DNA of 64,000 nucleotides from Eledone cirrhosa (Eukaryota): NCBI GenBank assembly GCA_964016885.1, contig OZ024751.1, positions 45,508,001 to 45,572,000 of the forward strand, read 5' to 3'. Shown piece by piece: positions 25,601 to 37,457 of this stretch (position 1 is its first letter; each line of letters starts with the position of its first letter). The notes under the pieces were generated by a model. It saw only the letters and a program-made list of their open reading frames with translations, ran no database searches and was not told where the DNA came from. The position numbers and the translations under genes were made by a program.

Positions 25601-28314
25601 TTGTACCTGAACAACTTGTAGAAATGCGGGTCCCTTCTGATTTTCAAACCCAACCAGTAGTTTATTGACATCTCTAGCTTGTACCTGAACAACTTGTAGA
25701 AATGCGGGTCCCTTCTGATTTTCAAACCCAACCAGTAGTTTATTGACATCTCTAGCTTGTACCTGAACAACTTGTAGAAATGTGGGTCCCTTCTGATTTT
25801 CAAACCCAACCAGTAGTTTATTGACATCTCGAGCTTGTACCTGAACAACTTGTAGAAATGCGGGTCCCTTCTGATCTTTAAACCCAACCAGTAGTTTATT
25901 GACATCTCTAGCTTGTACCTGAACAACTTGTACAAATGTGGGTCCCTTCTGATTTTCAAACCCAACCAGTAGTTTATTGACATCTCTAGCTTGTACCTGA
26001 ACAACTTGTAGAAATGCGGGTCCCTTCTGATTTTCAAACCCAACCAGTAGTTTATTGACATCTCTAGCTTGTACCTGAACAACTTGTAGAAATGTGGGTC
26101 CCTTCTAATCTTTAAACCCAACCAGTAGTTTATTGACATCTCTAGCTTGTACCTGAACAACTTGTAGAAATGTGGGTCCCTTCTGATCTTTAAACCCAAC
26201 CAGTAGTTTATTGACATCGCTAGCTTGTACCTGAACAACTTGTAGAAATGCGGGTCCCTTCTGATCTTTAAACCCAACCAGTAGTTTATTGACATCTCTA
26301 GCTTGTACCTGAACAACTTGTAGAAATGTGGGTCCCTTCTGATCTTTAAACCCAACCAGTAGTTTATTGACATCTCTAGCTTGTACCTGAACAACTTGTA
26401 GAAATGTGGGTCCCTTCTGATCTTTAAACCCAACCAGTAGTTTATTGACACCTCGAGCTTGTACCTGAACAACTTGTAGAAATGCGGGTCCCTTCTAATC
26501 TTTAAACCCAACCAGTAGTTTATTGACACCTCGAGCTTGTACCTGAACAACTTGTAGAAATGCGGGTCCCTTCTAATCTTTAAACCCAACCAGTAGTTTA
26601 TTGACACCTCGAGCTTGTACCTGAACAACTTGTAGAAATGCGGGTCCCTTCTAATCTTTAAACCCAACCAGTAGTTTATTGACATCTCTAGCTTGTACCT
26701 GAACAACTTGTAGAAATGTGGGTCCCTTCTGATTTTCAAACCCAACCAGTAGTTTATTGACATCTCTAGCTTGTACCTGAACAACTTGTAGAAATGCGGG
26801 TCCCTTCTGATCTTTAAACCCAACCAGTAGTTTATTGACATCTCTAGCTTGTACCTGAACAACTTGTAGAAATGTGGGTCCCTTCTGATCTTTAAACCCA
26901 ACCAGTAGTTTATTGACACCTCGAGCTTGTACCTGAACAACTTGTAGAAATGTGGGTCCCTTCTGATCTTTAAACCCAACCAGTAGTTTATTGACACCTC
27001 GAGCTTGTACCTGAACAACTTGTAGAAATGTGGGTCCCTTCTGATTTTCAAACCCAACCAGTAGTTTATTGACATCGCTAGCTTATACCTGAACAACTTG
27101 TAGAAATGTGGGTCCCTTCTGATCTTTAAACCCAACCAGTAGTTTATTGACACCTCGAGCTTGTACCTGAACAACTTGTAGAAATGCGGGTCCCTTCTGA
27201 TCTTTAAACCCAACCAGTAGTTTATTGACATCGCTAGCTTGTACCTGAACAACTTGTAGAAATGCGGGTCCCTTCTGATCTTTAAACCCAACCAGTAGTT
27301 TATTGACATCGCTAGCTTGTACCTGAACAACTTGTAGAAATGTGGGTCCCTTCTAATCTTTAAACCCAACCAGTAGTTTATTGACACCTCGAGCTTGTAC
27401 CTGAACAACTTGTAGAAATGTGGGTCCCTTCTGATTTTCAAACCCAACCAGTAGTTTATTGACATCTCGAGCTTGTACCTGAACAACTTGTAGAAATGCG
27501 GGTCCCTTCTGATCTTTAAACCCAACCAGTAGTTTATTGACATCTCTAGCTTGTACCTGAACAACTTGTAGAAATGCGGGTCCCTTCTGATTTTCAAACC
27601 CAACCAGTAGTTTATTGACATCTCTAGCTTGTACCTGAACAACTTGTAGAAATGCGGGTCCCTTCTGATTTTCAAACCCAACCAGTAGTTTATTGACATC
27701 TCTAGCTTGTACCTGAACAACTTGTAGAAATGTGGGTCCCTTCTGATTTTCAAACCCAACCAGTAGTTTATTGACATCTCGAGCTTGTACCTGAACAACT
27801 TGTAGAAATGCGGGTCCCTTCTGATTTTCAAACCCAACCAGTAGTTTATTGACATCTCTAGCTTGTACCTGAACAACTTGTAGAAATGTGGGTCCCTTCT
27901 GATTTTCAAACCCAACCAGTAGTTTATTGACATCTCTAGCTTGTACCTGAACAACTTGTAGAAATGCGGGTCCCTTCTGATCTTTAAACCCAACCAGTAG
28001 TTTATTGACATCTCTAGCTTGTACCTGAACAACTTGTAGAAATGTGGGTCCCTTCTGATTTTCAAACCCAACCAGTAGTTTATTGACATCTCGAGCTTGT
28101 ACCTGAACAACTTGTAGAAATGTGGGTCCCTTCTGATTTTCAAACCCAACCAGTAGTTTATTAATAGTTGTAGTTGGTAGCTAAAGTATTTGGAGAACGT
28201 GGGTCCCTCCTGATCTTCTCTCCAACACACGAACTGCTTACGGATATATATGGAGCTTCTTATTTCAAGTACCACGGCATATAACATATACCTGGTGGTC
28301 GAAGGTCGACACAA
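22606..28314 (-). CDS. Hypothetical repeat polyprotein (71 x INYWLGLKIRRDPHFYKLFRYKLEMS)
   Basis: 1902-codon open frame whose common unit variants are mostly synonymous. No homolog recognised, no clear signal peptide, TTG start. Confidence 0.35.
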   Translation of the reverse strand: MCRPSTTRYMLYAVVLEIRSSIYIRKQFVCWREDQEGPTFSKYFSYQLQLLINYWLGLKIRRDPHFYKLFRYKLEMSINYWLGLKIRRDPHFYKLFRYKLEMSINYWLGLKIRRDPHFYKLFRYKLEMSINYWLGLKIRRDPHFYKLFRYKLEMSINYWLGLKIRRDPHFYKLFRYKLEMSINYWLGLKIRRDPHFYKLFRYKLEMSINYWLGLKIRRDPHFYKLFRYKLEMSINYWLGLKIRRDPHFYKLFRYKLEMSINYWLGLKIRRDPHFYKLFRYKLEMSINYWLGLKIRRDPHFYKLFRYKLEVSINYWLGLKIRRDPHFYKLFRYKLAMSINYWLGLKIRRDPHFYKLFRYKLAMSINYWLGLKIRRDPHFYKLFRYKLEVSINYWLGLKIRRDPHFYKLFRYKLAMSINYWLGLKIRRDPHFYKLFRYKLEVSINYWLGLKIRRDPHFYKLFRYKLEVSINYWLGLKIRRDPHFYKLFRYKLEMSINYWLGLKIRRDPHFYKLFRYKLEMSINYWLGLKIRRDPHFYKLFRYKLEMSINYWLGLKIRRDPHFYKLFRYKLEVSINYWLGLKIRRDPHFYKLFRYKLEVSINYWLGLKIRRDPHFYKLFRYKLEVSINYWLGLKIRRDPHFYKLFRYKLEMSINYWLGLKIRRDPHFYKLFRYKLEMSINYWLGLKIRRDPHFYKLFRYKLAMSINYWLGLKIRRDPHFYKLFRYKLEMSINYWLGLKIRRDPHFYKLFRYKLEMSINYWLGLKIRRDPHFYKLFRYKLEMSINYWLGLKIRRDPHLYKLFRYKLEMSINYWLGLKIRRDPHFYKLFRYKLEMSINYWLGLKIRRDPHFYKLFRYKLEMSINYWLGLKIRRDPHFYKLFRYKLEMSINYWLGLKIRRDPHFYKLFRYKLEMSINYWLGLKIRRDPHFYKLFRYKLEMSINYWLGLKIIRDPHFYKLFRYKLEMSINYWLGLKIRRDPHFYKLFRYKLEMSINYWLGLKIRRDPHFYKLFRYKLEVSINYWLGLKIRRDPHFYKLFRYKLAMSINYWLGLKIRRDPHFYKLFRYKLAMSINYWLGLKIRRDPHFYKLFRYKLEVSINYWLGLKIRRDPHFYKLFRYKLAMSINYWLGLKIRRDPHFYKLFRYKLEVSINYWLGLKIRRDPHFYKLFRYKLEVSINYWLGLKIRRDPHFYKLFRYKLEMSINYWLGLKIRRDPHFYKLFRYKLEMSINYWLGLKIRRDPHFYKLFRYKLEMSINYWLGLKIRRDPHFYKLFRYKLEVSINYWLGLKIRRDPHFYKLFRYKLEVSINYWLGLKIRRDPHFYKLFRYKLEVSINYWLGLKIRRDPHFYKLFRYKLEMSINYWLGLKIRRDPHFYKLFRYKLEMSINYWLGLKIRRDPHFYKLFRYKLAMSINFWLGLKIRRDPHFYKLFRYKLEMSINYWLGLKIRRDPHFYKLFRYKLEMSINYWLGLKIRRDPHFYKLFRYKLEMSINYWLGLKIRRDPHFYKLFRYKLEMSINYWLGLKIRRDPHFYKLFRYKLAMSINYWLGLKIRRDPHFYKLFRYKLAMSINYWLGLKIRRDPHFYKLFRYKLAMSINYWLGLKIRRGPHFYKLFRYKLAMSINYWLGLKIRRDPHFYKLFRYKLAMSINYWLGLKIRRGPHFYKLFRYKLEMSINYWLGLKIRRDPHFYKLFRYKLEMSINYWLGLKIRRDPHFYKLFRYKLEMSINYWLGLKIRRDPHFYKLFRYKLEMSINYWLGLKIRRDPHFYKLFRYKLEMSINYWLGLKIRRDPHFYKLFRYKLAMSINYWLGLKIRRDPHFYKLFRYKLEMSINYWLGLKIRRNPHFYKLFRYKLEMSINYWLGLKIRRDPHFYKLFRYTLEMSINYWLGLKIRRDPHFYKLFRYTLEMSINYWF
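22609..28162. repeat. Tandem array of 71 x 78-bp units with a 27-unit (2106-bp) higher-order duplication
   Basis: Unit AAACCCAACCAGTAGTTTATTGACATCTCTAGCTTGTACCTGAACAACTTGTAGAAATGTGGGTCCCTTCTGATCTTT; no indels; the rare variant GCTAGCTTAT recurs at 24971 and 27077. Confidence 0.97.
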
Positions 28315-28507
28315 CTGTGGAAAAACCCTGATCTAACCCAGCTGCTGGTTACTAATTCCCCTATGTGTATACGGCGTGGTGGCGAGATATATATGTGTAT
28401 GTGTTAGTCTGTTAGCGAGTGTCTGTCTATCTGTCTGTATGCGCGTGTGTATGTATGTCTATTTTTTCTATATATTTGTTTGTATCAAATTTTTACCCCC
28501 CCCCCTC

Positions 28508-28563
<56 letters not shown>

Positions 28564-29406
28564 TATATATATATATGTATATATATATATACACACACAT
28601 ACATATTGCATAATGTCCTTGCTCCACCCTTCGTTTATATATAACCATATCTCTACATCAACATACGTCCTGCAAAACGTTTTGTAGCACACGTTTTGTA
28701 TGCATGAATTGGCCCTGATTGTATCATCATCACCATCACCATCACCACCACCACCACAATCGTCATCACCATCACCACCACAATCGTCATCATCATCACC
28801 ATCAGCACCGCCATCGCCACCACAATCCTCACCAGCACCACCATCAGCACCACCATCAGCACCACCACCACCATCACCACAACCACCATCATCATAATCA
28901 TCATCATTATTCTTATCATTGTTATTATTAATATTATTAGTCAAGCGCGCAGCTGTTATCAGGGAAGAGCAGTTGTGTAAAGAAATATGTCAATCGACAC
29001 TCGGTGGAAACGTACGTGCTCCCGAAGTGATAGAAGTGGCTGGTTGTCACAAACATAGATGTCATCATGCTGTTAACTTTATCTTTTTATACCACACATA
29101 ACACCTCCAACACTTCCAACGCACAATCTCTTTTCCCACTTTCACTACTACACTCACTCAGATAGCCACAAGATGATTGGTGGAGCCTCTATATGGTTTA
29201 CTCGATTTTCTAGAAATAGCAGACAACTCACACTCAAATTATACGCCAGTAGCGTCTTTTAAAGACAATGTAGTCGTTAATAGACAACACAAGACCGGAG
29301 TGGTCAGGATTTGAACATCGTCACGTATATGTCTTCTCTACCAGTGTAGACATGACCTTGGGCTAAACAATAGCATTGTCTCCCTCCTTAAAAACTTGTC
29401 TGTTCG

Positions 29407-29510
<104 letters not shown>

Positions 29511-30183
29511 ACCACCCTGTCTATTTTCCCTTATTCTCGCTTCTTACCTTTTCTACACCTCAGTGTCCTTTTCTTTGTCAGCAGTGGGACAACAGTTCCT
29601 TATTCTCTTCTGTTTTACTATTTCTTACCTTTCAATATTTTTCTCCTTTGGTTAAGCCCTTATACACTCTATATTTGTGTAATTTGCCTAAAGGCATAAC
29701 ATGTCTCTACCTGTTTTGTTATGTCCTTAAACGAATGGTATCGAACTTAATTTGCCGAAACCGTAGTGATTTCCTGAGTTTGACTGAGGAGATGGGACTG
29801 TCCGTCTTTTAATTTTTTCCCATTGTCCTTACGATTGGAAATTTGAGATTTACACTAAAATATATTTTCATAACTTCCAAATTTTAGACAAATCCTCTCT
29901 GAAGATTTTTACTATATTTTAAGTTTTGTAATTCAATAATTTCTTAGATTTTTAAGAAAATATCTTCTAAAGATTTCCTCTTAATTATTCAGCGATTAAG
30001 GTTACTAAGTCATTGGTGAAGTCAGTACAAAAATACAACTAATAGAACCAGTGGTAAAAAAAGACTGTTGAACTGACACAAATAGTAGATCATTGGATCA
30101 CGGCATTTACAGGATTATCATACTATAGCATGCTGAGTTCAAATTCTATCTTTCTCAGCTTATTGAAGTTGATTCAATTGACC

Positions 30184-30240
<57 letters not shown>

Positions 30241-30437
30241 TATTGAAGTTTGCTTGAAGCATTGTGGAACAATACGTAAATATCTTTAAGTCGTTTGGAA
30301 GCCTCGACAATGCAAATGGGTAAATCTCCGGGTAACAAGGTCGGGTGGTGGAGAGAGAGATGTAAGTGGGTGTACGTTGAGATGCGTGGTGTGTATAAGA
30401 TGTGTGAGATGTGTAGAATGAAGGGAAGAGTATATAT

Positions 30438-30816
30438 ATATTGTCATACCTGGGGAGGGTCATATTTGTGTAATATTGCCAGAATTAATAACAGAACACA
30501 CTCACTGTTTGGTTGGTTTTCGCTTTTCGCTTCTGTGTCTTTTATATCAATAAAACAATAGCACCACTGACGATGTTGCAGATGTGCAACGAAAGAACTT
30601 TGATAAACTATATATATGTGTTTGTGTCTATATTGTATCTGGATTATTTTTGACCGTTGGTCAGTCAATGGCAACATTGAGGACCGAATAAATTAGATTA
30701 CCGATATAAAAGACACAGAAGAGAAAAGCGAAAATCAACCAAACAGTGAGTGTGTTCTGTTATTAATTCTGGCAATATTATTACACAAATATGACTCTCC
30801 CCAAGTATAACAATAT
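30438..30816. repeat. Inverted repeat (30438-30548 / 30703-30816) enclosing a degenerate hammerhead
   Basis: Arms are ~110 bp. The loop holds CA-CTGACGA-T-GTTGCA-GATG-TGCAAC-GAAA-GAAC-TT-TG (30565-30602). The same family occurs at about 36660-36810 and 37345-37461. Confidence 0.75.
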
Positions 30817-30870
30817 TTGTTTCGACACACGATTTCATATAAAAAACCTCGCAAAACTAATTCATCGCCG

Positions 30871-30919
<49 letters not shown>

Positions 30920-30921
30920 AG

Positions 30922-31013
30922 GCATATCTGAGGATCTTTCGATTCCAGAGTCAGATTCGATCAAAAATAGATCGTTCCTCGAGCTGATCGACAGTGAAAC
31001 ATATGTAATATGT
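30922..31013 (+). ncRNA. Type-I hammerhead ribozyme
   Basis: GCATAT-CTGAGGA-T-CTTTCGA...TCGACAG-T-GAAA-CATATG-TA-ATATGT, lying between two (TA)n tracts. Confidence 0.75.
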
Positions 31014-31269
31014 TATTAAATATGTTATGATGCAACACTGACTCTTTGTTCCTTTATTCTTATACTATATATATATATTTATATATGTCCAGAATTAGCC
31101 GTCGAAACGGCTTGAGCTCAGCCGTCGGGGTCCTACTCGTTCCTATATTTATATATATATATATACTTTTTGCCATTTTGTACCTCAGTTTGTTGTTTCC
31201 TTGAACTATATATATCTTAAAATATAAGATCTCAAATTGTTAAAGTAAAATAGTTGCAGTTCACATATC

Positions 31270-32214
31270 CAGTGGCGGACTGGCCAGGTTGCCAGGCTGC
31301 CCAATGGCAAGTGGGTTCCGGGGCGCCCACGGTAGCATTGCAAGAGCCCACAGTAGCATAGTAGAATCATAGTAGATTCAAATATCACAGAGAGAGAGAA
31401 AGAGAGAGAGAGAGAGAGGGGGGATGGGGAGAGATGAGGTGGAACAGAAATGAAACAAACATGGATTACAGGTTAAAATGTAGTCTAGATAGATGAGAAA
31501 CAAAACGAGGATGTAGTTTATGGAACACCCAAATGATGTAGAAGTCGACCTTAAGTAGGAGCAATAACATTAAGAAAGACATGAACGACACCACAACACT
31601 TTGTTTTGAAAATTTTGAAAGTAGGTTTATAAGTATGAATTTTCATATGGCTTTCGTAGTTGTCTCTGTGGCCTAGCGGTAGGTACTAGAGATCCTGGAC
31701 TTGGGTTCAATCCTGGTCAAGAGGTACATGCAACATTTTTCAGTTTTTATTTTACAACCAATAGAAAATAAAAACTGTAAAGGTTTATCAGGAACCCTGT
31801 TCCCGACTAGGATCGAACTTCAGACCAGGATCACCATCGCCTATGATTCCTCCAACTAGGCCTCCGAGACAGCTACAAAAGTATAATGAAAATTGATAAT
31901 TATAAACCTACTTTCAAAATCAAAGTTAAAAAGATGCGCTGTCGTTCATGGCTTTCCTAAAGCTATTAGTAATTTTAGGGGCGACTTTTGGTCATTATTG
32001 AAAGTCTCTGGATTTCGCAAAATACATAATATTTTTTATTGGGGAAGGTAAGATATTTTTCCGCAAAAATTTGATTGCACTGTCTTGTTTCCACCTATGT
32101 ATTTTTCGAAAATGTTATTTATTCATTGTAAAAATTAAATGATAGCATCCTATATGTAGTTGGGCCCCCTTCATCTCCTGACAAACCAATATTTTTAGAC
32201 CCAGTCTGCCACTG
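31270..32214. mobile_element. Non-autonomous hAT transposon
   Basis: TIR CAGTGGCGGACTGG / CCAGTCTGCCACTG; perfect 8-bp TSD CACATATC (31262-31269, 32215-32222). Confidence 0.88.
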
Positions 32215-32253
32215 CACATATCTATCTATATATCTATCATTTTATGTATATAC

Positions 32254-32339
<86 letters not shown>

Positions 32340-32413
32340 TTAATTTTTAAGCTTGTTGAATCCCAACAAATTAAATATAACCTCCGCATATATATATATA
32401 TACACACACATAT

Positions 32414-32470
<57 letters not shown>

Positions 32471-32519
32471 GAGATACAACCGGTACTGGCATTGATAAAT
32501 ATGCTGGGTCCGTCAACTC

Positions 32520-32578
<59 letters not shown>

Positions 32579-32927
32579 CTGTGTGTTTGTTTGTATGTGT
32601 GCCTCTATATCTGAGTAATGAACCTATATTCGGCTTTAATGGTGAAGGTGGTGTTGGTGGTGGTGCTGGTGGTGGTGGTGGTGGGATGGATCTAACTGGT
32701 TTCAATGGGGAGCGGGAGGAGGATTGTTGACACTAAATTTTCTAGCAATCACTAAAACTCTATACAGTGATGACATTACCTTCACCTCAATTACCTCCCA
32801 CAACCTTCTAGTGTCGTCTGGTTTCCATTCTACACCACGTGACATCGCCACCGAGTTGTCGTATGCCACCTTTCAAACCTTAAAACACGCCACGTCTTAC
32901 TAACAGCGTTCTTGGGGTGACTAACTC

Positions 32928-34600
32928 GCTGGTTGGCTGGCTGGGTGGTTGGCTGGCTGGTAGGCTGATTGGCTGGCTGGTTGGCTGGTTGGCTGGTTGG
33001 CTGGCTGGTTGGCTGGTTGGCTGGCTGATTGGCTGGTTGGCTGGCTGGTTGGCTGGTTGGCTGGCTGATTGGCTGGCTGGTTGGCTGGTTAGCTGGTTGG
33101 CTGGCTGGTTGGCTGGTTGGCTGGCTGATTGGCTGGCTGGTTGGCTGGTTAGCTGGTTGGCTGGCTGATTGGCTGGCTGGTTGGCTGGTTAGCTGGTTGG
33201 CTGGCTGGTTGGCTGGTTGACTGATTGGCTGGCTGGTTGGCTGGTTGGTTGGTTGGCTGGCTGGTTGGCTGGTTGGCTGGTTGGCTGGATGGGTGGTTGG
33301 CTGGTTGGCTGGCTGGTTGGCTGATTGGCTGGTTGGCTGGCTGGTTGGCTGGTTGGCTGGTTGGCTGGATGGGTGGTTGGCTGGTTGGCTGGCTGGTTGG
33401 CTGATTGGCTGGTTGGCTGGTTGGTTGGCTGGCTGGTTGGCTGGTTGGCTGGTTGGCTGGCTGGTTGGCTGGTTGGCTGGATGGGTGGTTGGCTGGTTGT
33501 CTGGCTGGTTGGCTGGTTGGCTGGTTGGCTGGCTGGTTGGCTGATTGGCTGGCTGTTTGGCTGGTTGGCTGGCTGGTTGGCTGGTTGGCTGGATGGGTGG
33601 TTGGCGGACTGGTTGGCTGATTGGATGGCTGGTTGGCTGGTTGGCTGGTTGGCTGGCTGGTTGGTTGGCTGGCTGGTATATGATTGGCTGGCTGGTTGGC
33701 TGGTTGGCTGGTTTGTTGGCTGGCTGGTTGGCTGGTTGGCTGGTTGGCTGGATGGGTGGTTGGCTGGCTGATTGGCTGGCTGGTTGGCTGGTTGGCTGGC
33801 TGGGTGGTTGGCTGGCTGGTTGGTTGGCTGGCTGTTTGGCTGGCTGGTTGGTGGGCTGGTTGGCTGGCTGGTAGGTGGTTGGCTGGCTGGCTGGCTGGCT
33901 GATTGGCTGGTTGGCTGGATAGATCGATGGATGGTTGGCTAGCTGGCTGGTTGGCTGGTTGTGTTGGTTGTTTGGCTGGCTGGCTGGCTAGTTGGCTGAC
34001 TGCTTGTCTGGCTGGTTGGCTGGCTGGTGGTTGGTTGGCTGGACGATTGATATGCTAGTTCGTTTGGATGGTTGGATGATTGGTCGGATGGTTGGAAGGT
34101 TCGTTGGTTGGCTGGTTCATTGAATGTATGGTAGGTTGGTAGAATGATTGGTAGGCTGGTTGGCTGGTTGGCTGGTTGGTGACAGGTTGTCTGGCTGGCT
34201 GGTTGGTTGTCTGGTTAGTTGGATGGCTGGTTGGCTGGTTGTCTGGTTGGTTGTCTGGTTAGTTGGATGGCTGGTAGGCTGGTTGGCTGGTTGGTGAGAG
34301 GTTGTCTGGCTGGCCGGCTGGTTGTCTGGTTAGTTGGATGGCTGGTTGGCTGGTTGTCTGGTTGGTTGTCTGGTTAGTTGGATGGCTGGTTGGCTGGTTG
34401 TCTGGTTGGTTGTCTGGTTAGTTGGATGGCTGGTTGGCTGGTTGTCTGGTTGGTTGTCTGGTTAGTTTGATGGCTGGTTGGCTGGTTGTCTGGTTGGTTG
34501 TCTGGTTAGTTGGATGGCTGGTTGGCTGGTTGGCTGGTTGGTGACAGGTTGTCTGGCTGGCTGGTTGGTTGTCTGGTTAGTTGGATGGCTGGTTGACTGG
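32928..34600. repeat. (GGCT/GGTT)n compound tetranucleotide repeat
   Basis: Directly visible. Confidence 0.95.
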
Positions 34601-34694
34601 TCGTTAACCCACCTGTTTGGCAGAAAGATAGACAGACAGGCAAGCACCTGCAGTGAAACCTTTATACTCGTCATTTTGTTGGTAATGAAACGTA

Positions 34695-34758
<64 letters not shown>

Positions 34759-34796
34759 ATATTTATATACACACACATACACACATATATATATAT

Positions 34797-34859
<63 letters not shown>

Positions 34860-35039
34860 CACATACACATATATATATATTTTGTCTATGGTCTGGCAGC
34901 CATTTTTTGGGGTTTTTCCCCCCTCTTTTCATTTGTTTTAAAGTAAATAATATCTCTCCCTGACAGACATCGGTGTCAGCTCAGCTGATTGCCGTATTTC
35001 ACACTGGTCTCGACGTCTCCTCCGCTAATATATATATAC

Positions 35040-35533
<494 letters not shown>

Positions 35534-36077
35534 TATATACATACATATATATCTATACATATATATACATATATACATCATATATATACAGACATATATA
35601 TATACATATATATACATACATACATATATATATATACATACATATATATACATATATATATATATATATACATACATACATATATATATATACATACATA
35701 CATATATATACATCAACGGATGCATAGTCTCATTCCTACATAGACACACATACACAGACACAGACACCGACACACATACATACACATACACAAATTGACA
35801 TAGACTTACACACACACACACACACCTATATACTCGTGCAAACACATACGCACGCGTACACAAGCTGAAGCACGCTTTCTCACACACATACTCACATACA
35901 CACACACACACACACAGACAAATAGACACACACACACATACATACACCCACACGCGTGCATTGACAGACAAACAGACACATCCTGTACATCGAATACATG
36001 TGAAAACATGCAAATATGCACGTATTTCATTTTCATCACCTGCGAGTCCACCCCCCTCCCCTGATACATACCGACAG

Positions 36078-36159
<82 letters not shown>

Positions 36160-36386
36160 GTGTGTGTGTGTGTGCCTGTATATATATATCTATATATAAA
36201 GGCGGGATTTAAACTCAAAGTGTCACAACCAAATACTAGGAAGTATTTTGTCTGGTGCTCGACCGATTCCGCCAATACATCGCCCGTATAACAAATATTT
36301 GTTAGAATAAAATAACTTGCCAGGACATTAGTCTTATCATTTTTTTCAAATATATATTTCATATCAGTTGAGATATACCACCCAGC

Positions 36387-36572
36387 CAGGGGTTTAGATA
36401 TGTTATGGGCAAAGTGTGGCCCGAGGGCCGAATACGGCTCGTTTGGTATTACTGAGTGGCACGCCTGAATTTAAAAAAAAAATCATCTTGAACGTTTTTA
36501 GTAGTGCTGCCCGCCTTATGATGAACTACATCTCATGCGGCCCACTGTCCGTAAAAGGTTGCCCATGCTTGG
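36387..36572. mobile_element. Degenerate hAT/Charlie-like MITE
   Basis: CAGGGGT...TGGCCCGAGGGCCGAATACGGC...GCGGCCC...GGTTGCCCATGCTTG. Confidence 0.45.
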
Positions 36573-36799
36573 TATAGAGTTTGCCCCCAGGAGGTGGAAA
36601 TGGTTGATGCAATGGGTGACGCTGGTTATTCTCCGCAATAATACACCTGAAATATAATATATTATTGTTATATTCGCGGGCATGATCATGTTGTCTGTTT
36701 AAATTTCACTTTACCTTTATTACTGAAATAGTGCACGTCTTTTTATTGGCAATACTGGCAACATGACCTCAACACACGATCTCACATCAAGAATCTTGC

Positions 36800-36838
<39 letters not shown>

Positions 36839-36874
36839 AATAAGTCAAATGTTTAAAATTTGGCTTCGTTTATT

Positions 36875-36935
36875 ACTGCTATATATATATATATTTCGGT
36901 GACAGCCATCTTTGGCTGTGACCTCTTCAGGCAGT
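36875..36935 (-). ncRNA. Type-I hammerhead whose stem III is a (UA)n tract
   Basis: ACTGC-CTGAAGA-GGTCACAGCC-AAAGAT-GGCTGTCACC-GAAA-(TA)6-TA-GCAGT. Confidence 0.8.
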
Positions 36936-37060
36936 CCGAATTAGAGTGGTAGAGACGAGTACACATGTTGTTGAGGTGTTTAACTTTGTCAATACTCTGA
37001 TATGCCCAGTTCCTGGTTGGGTTGTGTTTCACTGAGGAACTGGAATCATATATATATATA

Positions 37061-37157
<97 letters not shown>

Positions 37158-37277
37158 ATGCGTTGAAATATCCATGACCCCCAGCAGACAACTGATGAAG
37201 GAACATTTTCTTCCGTTCTTGCTTTCCTCTTATTTATAAGTACACCTTATCCACCAACTACACAGCCCCTATTCCTT

Positions 37278-37346
<69 letters not shown>

Positions 37347-37457
37347 CGTTTCTGAATTTGTTTAGCAAGATTCTTTATCTGAAATCGTGTGTTGAAACCG
37401 ATATTGTTATACTTAGGGAGGGTCATGTTGGCAACATGACCCTCCCTAAGTATAACA

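Noticed and set aside
22609-28162. CRISPR-like array
   Set aside because: No unique spacers; units are contiguous; eukaryotic context with no cas genes.
28507-28944. Gly/Asp-, His- or Pro/Ser-rich ORFs (also 42209-42988)
   Set aside because: (CAC/CAT)n trinucleotide repeats open in several frames.
32917-34600. WLAG/WLVG repeat proteins
   Set aside because: Tetranucleotide microsatellite translations.
37193-37230. CTGATGA followed by a short hairpin (similar CTGAGGA near 29784 and 51022)
   Set aside because: No correctly placed GAAA, stem III or stem I.
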